NCBI GenBank assembly: GCA_964461055.1
Contig: CAYWSG010000006.1
Location: 7,198 to 71,197 of the forward strand
DNA length: 64,000 nt
Direction: 5' to 3'
Source of the DNA: an uncultured Enterobacteriaceae bacterium
Lineage (GTDB): Bacteria; Pseudomonadota; Gammaproteobacteria; Burkholderiales; SG8-39
The position numbers and the translations under genes were made by a program. The notes beneath the pieces were generated by a model. It had not been told where the DNA came from. It saw only the letters and a list, made by a program, of their open reading frames with translations, and searched no databases. Positions 1 through 9,223 of this stretch are shown here, one piece after another. Every line of letters begins with the position of its first letter. The first letter of the stretch is position 1.

Positions 1-58
1 AGGGAAGGTAATGGATGTCCGTGATGCGGCCTTCGCGCGTCTCGACCGCCACCTTCAT
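1..58 (-). CDS. 5' end of an unidentified CDS running off the left edge (MKVAVETREGRITDIHYLP...)
   Basis: ATG at 56-58 (minus strand), 17 nt downstream of the Ldh_2 stop. Only 19 GC3-rich codons are visible and no family is assignable. Confidence 0.25.
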   Translation of the reverse strand, partial: MKVAVETREGRITDIHYLP

Positions 59-75
59 CTTCGGGAACGGGACGG

Positions 76-1080
76 TTACATCGAGCATAGCTTCTCGATC
101 TGGGCAAGAAGCGCCTCGGGCACCTCGATGCCGTCGGCACGCGCGGTCCGCTCCGCGGCGAAACGCCGTGCCCCGGGCAGCCGCACGCCCTCGTCGACGA
201 GCATCGCCGCCACGAGCGCTTCGACGCGCTCGAAGTACTTCTCCCGCCCGGCAAGCGCGCCGGGATCGATGGCGATGAACGCCTGGCCGATGCGCGGGCG
301 GTTGCCCTCTTCGGCGAAGAAGGAGTCGGCCTCGGAGCCGATCGCCGCGCCGGTGAGCGCGGCGCAGATGAGCTCGAACGTCAAGGCGAGCATCGCGCCT
401 TTCGCGCCGCCGATGGGGAAGAGGCTTCCATGCTCGATCGCCTCGCGCGGATCGGTGGTCGGATTTCCGTCGCGATCGAGCGCCCAGCCCTCGGGAATCG
501 GCTCGCCGCGCTTCATGGCCAGCATGATCTTGCCGCGCACCACCGTGGTGAGCGCGAGATCGATGACGAGCGGATCCTTGCCGGCGCGCGGAAACACCGC
601 AGCCACCGGGTTGGTGCCGAAGAGCGCCTTCTTGCCTCCCCACGCGGGAATTGCCGCGGGCGAGTTGGTGAAGGCGAAGCCGACGAGGCCCGCCGCCGCG
701 ACCGGCAGCAGATGGAGGCCGAGGACGCCGGCGTGGCCGCTATTGCGGATGCCGGCGAACGCGATGCCATTGCGGCGCGCCCGGTGAACGACCTCCTCGA
801 CGGCCCATTCGACCGAGCGATAGGGCAGCGCATCGCGGTTGTCGATGAGGCAGACGGCGGCCCGGTCGGCGACCATGACGGGCTCCGCGGCGCCGTCGGC
901 GCGGCCGTTTCGCAGCATGGCGCAATAAAACGGCACGCGCGACATGCCATGCGTCGGAAGGCCCTGCTCCTCGGCCGCCACGAGGTGGCGACCCGCCGCC
1001 TCGGCCATCTTAGAATGCGCCCCGGCCTTCTCCAGCGCCGTGCGCGCCAGCTCGAGCAGGGCCTGCGGTGTTTTTTTCAT
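76..1080 (-). CDS. Ldh_2-family 2-hydroxyacid dehydrogenase (malate / L-sulfolactate dehydrogenase, ComC-like)
   Basis: ORF 76-1104 trimmed to MKKTPQALLEL. Ldh_2-type motifs present: THGMSRVPFY, NSGHAGVLG, FGTNP, TTVVRGKI. Alternative starts at 1098 (ATG) and 1104 (TTG). Confidence 0.8.
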   Translation of the reverse strand: MKKTPQALLELARTALEKAGAHSKMAEAAGRHLVAAEEQGLPTHGMSRVPFYCAMLRNGRADGAAEPVMVADRAAVCLIDNRDALPYRSVEWAVEEVVHRARRNGIAFAGIRNSGHAGVLGLHLLPVAAAGLVGFAFTNSPAAIPAWGGKKALFGTNPVAAVFPRAGKDPLVIDLALTTVVRGKIMLAMKRGEPIPEGWALDRDGNPTTDPREAIEHGSLFPIGGAKGAMLALTFELICAALTGAAIGSEADSFFAEEGNRPRIGQAFIAIDPGALAGREKYFERVEALVAAMLVDEGVRLPGARRFAAERTARADGIEVPEALLAQIEKLCSM

Positions 1081-1096
1081 AGAGAGGATTCTAATC

Positions 1097-1768
1097 ATGG
1101 GCAAGAAGATCGAACTTACGGCCGCCGACGGCCACCGGCTGGACGCCTACCGCGCAGACCCGCAGGGCGCGCCCCGCGGCGCGATCGTCGTCATCCAGGA
1201 GATCTTCGGCGTGAACAGCCACATCCGCGCCGTGACCGACGGCTTTGCGGCCGACGGCTACGTGGCCATCGCGCCGGCCATGTACGACCGGGTGCAGCGC
1301 GGCTACGAGACCGGGTACAGCCCCGACGAGATCCAGGCCGGCCTGAAGATCATGCAGGGGCTCGACTGGGACAAGACGCTGGGCGACGTGGCCGCCGCCG
1401 TCGAGGCGGTCAAGTCGGCGGGCAAGGTGGGCATCGTGGGCTACTGCTGGGGCGGCACCGTCGCCTGGCGCGCGGCGGCCCTCACGCCGGGGCTCGCGTG
1501 CGCGGTGCCGTACTACGGGGGTGGAATGCCGAACTTCAGCGACGAGAAGCCGCGCGTGCCGGTCCTCTGCCATTTCGGCGAGCTCGACAAGAGCCCGAGC
1601 CCGGAGCAGGCGAAGGCGCTGCTCGCGAAGCACCCCGAGGTGCAGGCGCACTTCTACGACGGCGCGGGCCACGGCTTCAATTGCGACCAGCGACCCTCCT
1701 ACCACGCCGATGCGGCGAAGATGGCGCGCGAGCGCACGCTGGCGTTCTTCCGCCAGCACGTCGGCTGA
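1097..1768 (+). CDS. dienelactone hydrolase family protein
   Basis: ORF 944-1768 trimmed to MGKKIELT (ATG 1097), preceded by GAGAGGA. Cys nucleophile elbow GYCWGG and GAGHGF His motif. Confidence 0.85.
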   Translation: MGKKIELTAADGHRLDAYRADPQGAPRGAIVVIQEIFGVNSHIRAVTDGFAADGYVAIAPAMYDRVQRGYETGYSPDEIQAGLKIMQGLDWDKTLGDVAAAVEAVKSAGKVGIVGYCWGGTVAWRAAALTPGLACAVPYYGGGMPNFSDEKPRVPVLCHFGELDKSPSPEQAKALLAKHPEVQAHFYDGAGHGFNCDQRPSYHADAAKMARERTLAFFRQHVG

Positions 1769-1774
1769 AGGAGC

Positions 1775-2365
1775 CTAGATCAGGTCGGCGCCTTCGCCGA
1801 GCAGCGCGCGGCGAAAGCGGTTCTTGAGGAGCGCGCCCTCGCGCGGCGGCAGTACGAGCGGGATCTTCTCGGCGACCACCTTGATGCTGGCAAAGTGCGG
1901 GCCGGGCTCCTCATGGATCTTCTCCTTCAGGGCCGGCAGGTCCTGCGCCTCCCAGAGCGTGGAGGCGCTGCGGAAGAGACACGCTTTCGCCACGCCCGCC
2001 AGGTCGACGCCGCTCGCGGTGTGCGTGGCCTGCATGCCGGTCTCGCCATAGCGGCCGTTGTCGATGACCACGACCGTGAGGTTGGCCGGCTTCTGCACGC
2101 CGATGGTCGCGAGCGAGCCGATGCCCATCAGCATCTCGCCGTCGCCCGTCACGACGAGCACGCGGCGCGCGGGCTGCGCAAGCGCAAGGCCCAGGCCGAT
2201 CATGGCGGCCTGGCCCATCGCCCCCCAGAGCGGGAAGCTGAGCGGCGAGTCGCCCGCCGCGGTGATGTCCCAGGCCGTGGAGCCGAGGCCGGCGACCACG
2301 AGCAGGTCCTTGCGCTCGCTCAGGAGCTCGGCGACGACGTCGCGCCGGTGAAGGGTCGGATTCAT
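1775..2365 (-). CDS. comE: sulfopyruvate decarboxylase beta subunit-like (TPP-binding module)
   Basis: ORF 1775-2626 trimmed to MNPTLHRRD. TPP motif VVTGDGEMLMG...VVVIDNGRYGETG. About 196 aa, ATGA-overlapped with the alpha-like gene. Confidence 0.75.
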   Translation of the reverse strand: MNPTLHRRDVVAELLSERKDLLVVAGLGSTAWDITAAGDSPLSFPLWGAMGQAAMIGLGLALAQPARRVLVVTGDGEMLMGIGSLATIGVQKPANLTVVVIDNGRYGETGMQATHTASGVDLAGVAKACLFRSASTLWEAQDLPALKEKIHEEPGPHFASIKVVAEKIPLVLPPREGALLKNRFRRALLGEGADLI

Positions 2366-2889
2366 TGGCTCGCCTGCTCCTGGAAGCTCTTGATGCCGAT
2401 CACGCGCTGCGCGATGAGGACGGCGACCGAGACATAGCTGCTGTACGCGAGGCGCAGCGCCGCATTCACCGTCGGGGCGACCTCCTCCGCGGCGTGCGCC
2501 TCGTGGACGATCGTGCCCATCGCCTCGAGCACCGGGCGCGTCGCCTGGCCCATGGCGACCTGCCAGGGATTGAACTCGCCCTGGTGGCCGCGCATCGTCA
2601 CGATGCTCACCAGCGGAATGCGGCATTCCCGGGTCATGCCGATCACGTTGACGACGTTGCCCACGCCGCTCGATTGCATGAGAAGCACGCTCTTCTGCCC
2701 GCCGAGCCAGGCGCCCGCGGCAAGCCCGATGCCCTCTTCCTCGGTGCTCAGGACGACCGCGCGCATGGAAGGATCGGCGTGACAGAGCTCGATCAGGCGC
2801 TTGTGGCCGGCGTCGGGCACGTACCCCACGAGCGTGACGCCCGCACCGGCGAGCTCGCGATGGATCTGAAGGGGCCAGTCAGGCTGCAT
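2362..2889 (-). CDS. comD: sulfopyruvate decarboxylase alpha subunit-like (TPP-enzyme N-terminal pyrimidine-binding module)
   Basis: 175 aa with EEEGIGLAAGAWLGG and QSSGVGN. Split alpha/beta architecture typical of ComDE rather than single-chain phosphonopyruvate decarboxylase. Confidence 0.75.
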   Translation of the reverse strand: MQPDWPLQIHRELAGAGVTLVGYVPDAGHKRLIELCHADPSMRAVVLSTEEEGIGLAAGAWLGGQKSVLLMQSSGVGNVVNVIGMTRECRIPLVSIVTMRGHQGEFNPWQVAMGQATRPVLEAMGTIVHEAHAAEEVAPTVNAALRLAYSSYVSVAVLIAQRVIGIKSFQEQASQ

Positions 2890-4603
2890 TCTTGAGAAGA
2901 CTTTCTCCGGGGCGCACCCGGGTGAAGTTGACGGGCTTCATCTCGAGCTCGATGCCGCGCTCCGTCCAGCGGACGCTCGAGAAGGCCGACTGCTCGAGCG
3001 GCCCCGGCTCCGGATAGTCGCTCCGGAAATGGGCGCCACGCGAATCCTGCCTCGCGAGCGCTGCTTCGGCGATGACGCGGCTCACGCTGATCAGGCTCTT
3101 GAGGTTCATCCAGTCGTGCCACGTCAGGTTGTACGCGCGCGCGTGCTCGCCGATGCCCTGGGCATCGAGCTCTTCGTCGAGCGCGGCGAGCGCGGCCCGG
3201 GCGGCGGAGAGGCCGGACGCCTCGCGCACGATGCCGACCTGCTCCCACATGGTCTCGTAGAGCTTCTCGCGCACCGCGGCGATGCCGGCCGCCCCGGCGC
3301 CGCGCGCCCGCAATGGCCTCTCGCACCGCGCGATGGCCTCGTCGATGGCCGAGCGATCGGGCGCCCGCAGGCCCTCGCCTTTCACCCAGCTCGCCATCGT
3401 GTCGCCCGCGACGGCGCCGAATACGGTCGAGTTCGCCACGCCGTTTCCCCCGAGGCGGTTGGCCCCGTGAACGCCGCCGGAATCTTCGCCCGCCACGAAG
3501 AGGCCCGGCAGCGCCGTGGTGCAGTCGGGCGCGAACTCGACGCCGCCCATCATGTAGTGGGCCGTCGGCACGACCTCGACCAGCCCGCCGGCGAGATCGA
3601 AGCCGCAGTCGGCGCAGCGCTCGACCATGCCCTTGAAGCTGCGCGCAACCTTCTCCGGCCCGAGGTGCGCCATCGAGATGTAGAGGCCGCCGTGGGGCGT
3701 CACGTTGCCGCTTCGCATCTCCGCGAACATGGCGCGCGAGACGATGTCGCGGGTGGCCCGCTCGGCCCTCGCGTCGTACTTGTGCATGAAGCGCTCTTTC
3801 GCGCCGTTCAGCAGGTAGCCGCCGGCGCCGCGCAGCCCTTCCTCCAGAACGGTGCCGGTCATGCGCGTATGCGTGCCGGCGAGAAGGCCGGTCGGATGGA
3901 ACTGCACCATCTCCATGTCGCGCAACGAGAGCCCTGCCCTGAGCGCCATCGCGAGCCCGTCGCAGCTCTTGTCGCCGGAGGGCGTGTGGTACTTGTACAT
4001 CGTGGGCCCGCCGCCCGTGGCAAGAAGAACCGCCTTGGCGCGGACGAACACGTACTCGCCGGTGCGCATGTCCACGAAGAGGACGCCCGCGAGGGCATCG
4101 CCCGAAGGCGTCCTCACGAGCTCGACCGCGCGGTGCTCCTCGAGGCGACTGATGCGCCGTGCCCAGACCTGCTCGGCGAGCCGGTTGATGATCTCGATGC
4201 CGGTGAGGTCGCCCTTGTGGACCGTGCGGTCGAACGTCTGGCCGGCGAACGCCTTCTGGTGGACCGTGCCGTCGGGGTTGCGATCGAAGAAGCAGCCGAG
4301 CTCGTTCTCGAGCTCGTGGATGCGCTCCACCGCGAGCGTGACGAGCTTCCACGCGAGCTCCTGGTGCGGCAGCCACTTGCCGCCCTCGATCGTGTCCATG
4401 AAATGGCGCTCGACGGAGTCCTCGGCGGCGAGCGCGACGTTGAAGCCGCCCTGCACCATGCGAGTGCAGCCGCACTTGCCGAGCAGGCCCTTCACTGCCA
4501 CGGCGATGCGAAGCTCCGGATCGGCCTTGTGCGCATGGAGCGCGGCGAAGAGGCCCGCGCCCCCGGATCCGAGGATCAGGATGTCGGTATCAAGCGTTCG
4601 CAC
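2879..4603 (-). CDS. succinate dehydrogenase/fumarate reductase-family FAD flavoprotein (SdhA/FrdA/NadB-like, atypical)
   Basis: 574 aa with a GTG start. Rossmann ILILGSGGAGL, then QFHPTG, LRGAGGYLLN, PTAHYMMGGV, GANRLGGNG. The position of the covalent-FAD His appears to be Cys (KCGCTRMVQGG). Confidence 0.85.
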   Translation of the reverse strand: MRTLDTDILILGSGGAGLFAALHAHKADPELRIAVAVKGLLGKCGCTRMVQGGFNVALAAEDSVERHFMDTIEGGKWLPHQELAWKLVTLAVERIHELENELGCFFDRNPDGTVHQKAFAGQTFDRTVHKGDLTGIEIINRLAEQVWARRISRLEEHRAVELVRTPSGDALAGVLFVDMRTGEYVFVRAKAVLLATGGGPTMYKYHTPSGDKSCDGLAMALRAGLSLRDMEMVQFHPTGLLAGTHTRMTGTVLEEGLRGAGGYLLNGAKERFMHKYDARAERATRDIVSRAMFAEMRSGNVTPHGGLYISMAHLGPEKVARSFKGMVERCADCGFDLAGGLVEVVPTAHYMMGGVEFAPDCTTALPGLFVAGEDSGGVHGANRLGGNGVANSTVFGAVAGDTMASWVKGEGLRAPDRSAIDEAIARCERPLRARGAGAAGIAAVREKLYETMWEQVGIVREASGLSAARAALAALDEELDAQGIGEHARAYNLTWHDWMNLKSLISVSRVIAEAALARQDSRGAHFRSDYPEPGPLEQSAFSSVRWTERGIELEMKPVNFTRVRPGESLLKNAA

Positions 4604-6626
4604 GTCGGCGGCGGAGGCGGAGGAACTGGGAGACCAGGACGTAGGCCACCATGGCGAAGCCCACCGCGTTTCCCTGCTTCGCCGGATAAACGAGCAGGAA
4701 GCCCGCGGCGATCATCATCCAGCGCTCGTAGACCGGCAGGCGGCTGAAGAGCCAGCCCTGGAAGCCGCCCGAGAGCGCCAGGATGCCGACTGCGGCGGTA
4801 AAGGTGAGCATGATGATCGACCCCCAGTTCGCCTGGGCGAGCGTCTTCAGCGAGCCGGTGAGCAGCAGTCCCGTGCCGGCAGGATCGAGCACGAAGATGA
4901 ACGGCACGAGGAACGCCGGCAGGCAGTACTTCCAGCACTGCAGCGTCGTCTTGTACGGGTCCCCGCCGGTGATGGCGGCCGCCGCGAAGGGCGAGAGCGC
5001 CGTGGGCGGCGAGACCTCCGAGAGGACCGCGTAGTAGAAGATGAACATGTGGGCGGCGAATTCGGGCACCTTGAGCGCGATCAGGGCCGGCGCGGCGATC
5101 ACCGCGCAGATGATGTAGCTCGCGGTGACGGGCACGGCGAGGCCCACGATCCAGACGATGAGCGCCGTGTAGATGGCGGTGAGGAGGAGCGACCCGCCGG
5201 CGTAGGCAAGGACGATGGAGCTGAACTTGAGCCCGAGGCCCGTCAGCGTGACCACGCCGACGATCAGCCCGGCGCCGGCGCAGGTGGCCGCGACGTTCAG
5301 CACGGCGACCGCGCCGCCCTTGAGCGCCTGGATCAGCCCCGACTCGAGGAAGCCGCGCACGAGGGGCGCGCGGCCGGTGAGGACCTCGTACGGGATGAGC
5401 GCAGTGTCCCGGTGCAGCATGCTCGTCACGCCGGAGACGATGGTGGCCCAGAACACCGAGAGCTCCGGCGAGAAGCCCATGAGCATGAAGCCGATGATGG
5501 AAACGAGCGACAGAAAGTGGAACCAGTACTTCTTCGTCAGGCTCCAGGCCGACTCCACGCGCTCGAAGACCGTCTCGGCCATGCCGAACTTGCGCGCGTC
5601 GATCTCCACCATGATGAAGAGCGTGAGGTAGAAGAGGCCGGTCGGGATGACGGCCATCAGCAGCACGTCGAGGTAGGAGATGTGGAGGAACTCCGCGATC
5701 AGGAACGCCGCCGCGCCGAGCACCGGCGGAGAGATGATCGCGCCGAGCCCCCCCGCCGAGAGGAGGCCGCCGGCTGCGTCCTTCGAGTAGCCCACCTTCC
5801 TCAGCATCGGCCATGCGACCGCTCCGAGCGTCACGGTGGTCGCCACGCCCGAGCCCGAGGGGCCCCCGAGCAGGAAGGAGGAAAGCGTCACCGTGCGCCC
5901 GGCGCCGGTGGGCTTGCCGCCCATCAGCGCGAACGAGAAGTCGATGAAGAACTTGCCCGCGCCCGAGTACTGGAGGAAGGCGCCGAAGATGGTGAACAGG
6001 ATGATGAGCGACGAGGACACGGCGATCGCGGTGCCGTAGATGCCCTCCAGCGTCATGTACATGTGCCCGACGAGGCGCGGGATCTCGTAGCCCTTGTGGG
6101 TCCACGGCGCCGGCAGGTACGCGCCGAAGAACGCGTAGAGCAGGAAGCACGACGTGACGAAGGGCATCACCCAGCCCGTGGTGCGGCGCATCGCCTCGAG
6201 CACGAGAAGCGAGAGCGTGACGCCGAAGACGATGTCCCAGGTCTCCGGCAGGATGGAGCGGTCGAAGAACTCGTCGCCGCCCATGATCAGGTACACGGCC
6301 GTCGCCACGCCCGCCGCGGCGAGCAGCCAGTCCCACCACATCACGCGGTGGCGGAAGCGGCGGGAGACCGGGAAGAGGAGAAAGGTGAGCAGCAGCACGA
6401 GCGCCACGTGGGTCGCGCGCAGGTGCTCGGGCCGCACGATGGCGTACGCCGTATAGAGGTGGAAGAGCGAGGTGCCGACGGCCACGGCGCCCACGAACGC
6501 CGCGACCCAGCCGCGCAGCTTGTTGTGCGCGCCTTCCTCCTGCTCGACCAGCTCCTCGGCGCGCTGCAGCGCCTCTTCGCTGATCTCGGCTGCCGGCTTG
6601 TGAAGGTGTGCCGCGTGCTCGCTCAT
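4590..6626 (-). CDS. TRAP transporter fused 4TM/12TM permease (TAXI-associated type)
   Basis: 678 aa and highly hydrophobic along its whole length. Sits immediately downstream of a TAXI receptor gene. Cytoplasmic N-terminus MSEHAAHLHKPAAEI. Confidence 0.85.
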   Translation of the reverse strand: MSEHAAHLHKPAAEISEEALQRAEELVEQEEGAHNKLRGWVAAFVGAVAVGTSLFHLYTAYAIVRPEHLRATHVALVLLLTFLLFPVSRRFRHRVMWWDWLLAAAGVATAVYLIMGGDEFFDRSILPETWDIVFGVTLSLLVLEAMRRTTGWVMPFVTSCFLLYAFFGAYLPAPWTHKGYEIPRLVGHMYMTLEGIYGTAIAVSSSLIILFTIFGAFLQYSGAGKFFIDFSFALMGGKPTGAGRTVTLSSFLLGGPSGSGVATTVTLGAVAWPMLRKVGYSKDAAGGLLSAGGLGAIISPPVLGAAAFLIAEFLHISYLDVLLMAVIPTGLFYLTLFIMVEIDARKFGMAETVFERVESAWSLTKKYWFHFLSLVSIIGFMLMGFSPELSVFWATIVSGVTSMLHRDTALIPYEVLTGRAPLVRGFLESGLIQALKGGAVAVLNVAATCAGAGLIVGVVTLTGLGLKFSSIVLAYAGGSLLLTAIYTALIVWIVGLAVPVTASYIICAVIAAPALIALKVPEFAAHMFIFYYAVLSEVSPPTALSPFAAAAITGGDPYKTTLQCWKYCLPAFLVPFIFVLDPAGTGLLLTGSLKTLAQANWGSIIMLTFTAAVGILALSGGFQGWLFSRLPVYERWMMIAAGFLLVYPAKQGNAVGFAMVAYVLVSQFLRLRRRRANA

Positions 6627-6651
6627 GGCTCGCCTTTCTGGCCGTCCTCAA

Positions 6652-6688
6652 ACGAAAAAGAGCCCCGCCAGCGCGCTGGACGGGGCTC
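6652..6688 (-). terminator. intrinsic terminator/attenuator between the TAXI receptor and TRAP permease genes
   Basis: Minus-strand RNA reads GAGCCCCGUCCAGCGCGCUGGCGGGGCUC followed by UUUUUCGUUU. About 12 bp of GC stem plus a U-tract. Confidence 0.6.
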
Positions 6689-6703
6689 CGGCCGTCTCGA
6701 CCC

Positions 6704-7657
6704 CTACTTGATCTTGACGCCCTTCTCCGCGAAGTACTTGATGGCGCCCGGATGGAACGGCAGCGGCGACGCGTCTGCCTTCTGGTTCTCCAGCTTGATG
6801 TTCGCCGCCTCCTTGTGCACGCGCACGAGCTCGTCGCGCTTCTCGAAGATCGTCTTCACGATGTTGTAGGCGGTCTTCTCGTCCATGTCCTTGTGCGCGA
6901 CGAGGATGTTCATGACGGTGGCCTGGTGGTTGTCCTTGTCCATGCCGCTGTACACGTCCTTGCCGATGACGTCCTTCACGTACAGGTTGCCGTACTTCTT
7001 GTTCATGGCCGGGACCAGGTCCGCGTGGTCGATCATCTTGATCTTCACCCCCGGCGTGCTGGCGAGGTCGGTCACCGCCGCCGTCGGCAGGCCGCCCACC
7101 CAGAAGAACGCGTCGATCTTGCGGTCCTTGAGCGCCGAGACGGACTCGGCGACGCCGAGGCGCTCGCGCTGGATGTCGCGGTCCTTGTCGAGGCCCGCCG
7201 CCTCGATGACGCGGAAGGCCATGACCTCGGTCGCGCTGCCGCCGGAGCCGGTGGACACGCGCTTGCCCTTCATGTCCTTGATCGAGTTGATGCCCGTGCC
7301 CTCGATCGTCACCACGTGCATGCGGTTGGGGTAGAGCACGGCGAGGGTGCGCACGGGAACGGCGCGCCCCTTGAACTTGCCCTGGCCCTGCAGCGCGTCG
7401 AGCGCCGCGTCGTTCATCGACAGGCCGATGTAGGGCTTGCCCGTGCCGATGAGCTGCAGGTTCGCGACCGAGCCCCCCGTCACCTCGGCGGTCGCCTGCA
7501 TGCCGTCGACGTACTTGGAGAGCACCGCCGCCATGCCGCCGCCCAGCGGATAGTAGACGCCGCCGGTGCCGCCGGTGGCGATCGAGAGATTCTGGGCCTG
7601 CGCCGACATCGCGACGACGCCGAAGAGCAATGCTGCAAAGCGCAATAGCTGCTTCAT
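6704..7657 (-). CDS. TAXI-family TRAP transporter solute receptor
   Basis: 317 aa. Signal peptide, hallmark ATGGTGGVYYPLGGG, and AAGGAG Shine-Dalgarno 5 nt upstream. Confidence 0.9.
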   Translation of the reverse strand: MKQLLRFAALLFGVVAMSAQAQNLSIATGGTGGVYYPLGGGMAAVLSKYVDGMQATAEVTGGSVANLQLIGTGKPYIGLSMNDAALDALQGQGKFKGRAVPVRTLAVLYPNRMHVVTIEGTGINSIKDMKGKRVSTGSGGSATEVMAFRVIEAAGLDKDRDIQRERLGVAESVSALKDRKIDAFFWVGGLPTAAVTDLASTPGVKIKMIDHADLVPAMNKKYGNLYVKDVIGKDVYSGMDKDNHQATVMNILVAHKDMDEKTAYNIVKTIFEKRDELVRVHKEAANIKLENQKADASPLPFHPGAIKYFAEKGVKIK

Positions 7658-7707
7658 GGGATCTCCTTGCCTTCCGTGTCGAAAAGTGCGCGCGATTCTA
7701 ACCTACG

Positions 7708-8316
7708 CTACCGGACGCCGAGCCTGCGCAATGCCTCCGTCCGGCGGCCTGCGGAGCGCTCCTTCACCTGCGAGTAGAGGCTCGCCCCGTGGCTGTCCAT
7801 CGCCACGAGAAGCGGGCCGAAATTGCGCACCCGGAACTTCCAGAGGGATTCCGGATGCAGGTCGTCGAGGTCCACGTCCTCGATCGCCTCGATCCAGGTG
7901 GTCTCGAGCGCCGCGGTGCCGCCGATGATCGCCAGGTAGACGCCCCCCAGGTCGGCGAAGGCCTTGAGGGAGCCCTCTCGCAGGCCGCCCTTCCCGATGA
8001 TCAGGCGCACCCCATACTGCTCCATGAGGGGGCGCGTGAAGCGCTCCATGCGGTCGCTCGTCGTCGTGCCGATGCAAAGCGGCGCGTAGCCGGCGGGATG
8101 CGCCTCGCCGGGCGCGACCTTGCGCACATTCGGCGCGGTATGGATGACGGCGTGCCCCGAGAGGTCGAAGCGCGTCCTTCGCCCGCGGTCGAACATGTGG
8201 ATCTGCGTGGCGTCGCGGATGCCGAACAAAGTGCCGTTCAGCGTCACGGTGTCGTTCACCTTCAACGCGCGCGCCTGCTGCTCGCTGATCGGCATGTCGA
8301 AGTCGTAGTGCGCCAT
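7708..8316 (-). CDS. Fe-S hydro-lyase beta subunit (class I fumarase C-terminal domain / L-tartrate dehydratase TtdB-like)
   Basis: 202 aa with IIGKGGL, AIIGGTAAL and LWKFRVRNFGPLLVAMD, typical of Fumerase_C/TtdB. Confidence 0.8.
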   Translation of the reverse strand: MAHYDFDMPISEQQARALKVNDTVTLNGTLFGIRDATQIHMFDRGRRTRFDLSGHAVIHTAPNVRKVAPGEAHPAGYAPLCIGTTTSDRMERFTRPLMEQYGVRLIIGKGGLREGSLKAFADLGGVYLAIIGGTAALETTWIEAIEDVDLDDLHPESLWKFRVRNFGPLLVAMDSHGASLYSQVKERSAGRRTEALRRLGVR

Positions 8317-8347
8317 GGTCGTCGCCTGGGGGAGCTGCCGCTCGAGT

Positions 8348-9223
8348 CTAGTAGCCGTAGGCTATGCCGGCCGCGGTGATCGTCGCGCGCGCCCGGCGAG
8401 CCGAGTGGCATTGCATGTTCACCGCCACCGGGTTCATCGTGATGTGGGTGGCCGCCGTCTCGACGTGAACCGCGAAAGCGGTGGAGTCGCCACCGAGGCC
8501 CTGCGGGCCCACGCCGAGCATGTTCACCGCCGCGCCGAGCTCCGCCTCGAGCGCCGCGCCCTCGGGATCGTCGCACCGCGAGCCGAGCGGCCGGGTGGCG
8601 GCCACCTTGGCGAGATGCACGCAGAGGTCCGCCGTGCCGCCGACCCCGACGCCGACGATCGTCGGCGGGCAGGTCTTGCCCCCCGCCTCCAGCACGCAAT
8701 CGACGACGAAGGTCTTGATCGCGTTGATGCCCTCGGCCGGTATCGCCATGCGCAGCCACGAGTTGTTCTCGGAGCCCGAGCCCTTGGGGATCATCTCGAG
8801 CGTCAGCGTGCCCGGCTCGTCGGAGAAGTCGATGTTGATGACCGGCACGCCGCGTCCGCACGAGGTCTGCTCGTTCTTGCGGGTGGTCGGATGCACGACC
8901 GAGGAGCGGAAGGAGTACTCGCGCGTCGAGCGCTCGCAGCCGCGCCGGATCGCCTCCTTGAGCGCCCAGCCGTCCACCTCGACGCCGCGCCCGATGCGCA
9001 GGTTGTAGATCGGGAGGCCGGTGTCCTGGCAGAGGAGGTTGTCGGTCTGCTCGGCCACGGCGATGTTGCGGATCATGGTGCCGAGCATGCGCCGGGCGCC
9101 CGCGTCCGATTCTCCCGCCTGCAGCCCCGAGAACCCCTCCTTGATGTCGGGAGGCAGCCGCTTCAGGGCCCTGATATAGAGCTCCTTGGCGGCTTCCTCG
9201 ACGATGGCCGGATCGATCTTCAC
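8348..9223 (-). CDS. Fe-S hydro-lyase alpha subunit (class I fumarase N-terminal domain / TtdA-like)
   Basis: 291 aa. GTG start overlaps the Bug gene stop (GTGA). Cluster-region motifs LLCQDTGLP and KTCPPTIVGVGVGGT. Confidence 0.8.
   Translation of the reverse strand: MKIDPAIVEEAAKELYIRALKRLPPDIKEGFSGLQAGESDAGARRMLGTMIRNIAVAEQTDNLLCQDTGLPIYNLRIGRGVEVDGWALKEAIRRGCERSTREYSFRSSVVHPTTRKNEQTSCGRGVPVINIDFSDEPGTLTLEMIPKGSGSENNSWLRMAIPAEGINAIKTFVVDCVLEAGGKTCPPTIVGVGVGGTADLCVHLAKVAATRPLGSRCDDPEGAALEAELGAAVNMLGVGPQGLGGDSTAFAVHVETAATHITMNPVAVNMQCHSARRARATITAAGIAYGY

Noticed and set aside
1775-2889. Alternative call of the split TPP enzyme as phosphonopyruvate decarboxylase
   Set aside because: No PEP mutase or other phosphonate genes are nearby. 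The two-subunit 175 + 196 aa layout and the ComC-like and SuyAB-like neighbours fit sulfopyruvate decarboxylase better. This remains unproven without phylogeny.
3852-6869. 1005-aa plus-strand ORF, and similar 400-700-aa ORFs (for example 3029-4747, 2793-4475, 4576-6651, 430-1827) overlapping the SdhA-like and TRAP genes
   Set aside because: They are Arg/Ala/Gly/Pro-rich low-complexity translations with no family motifs. They lie antisense to, or out of frame with, ORFs that carry clear family signatures. This is a typical high-GC artefact.
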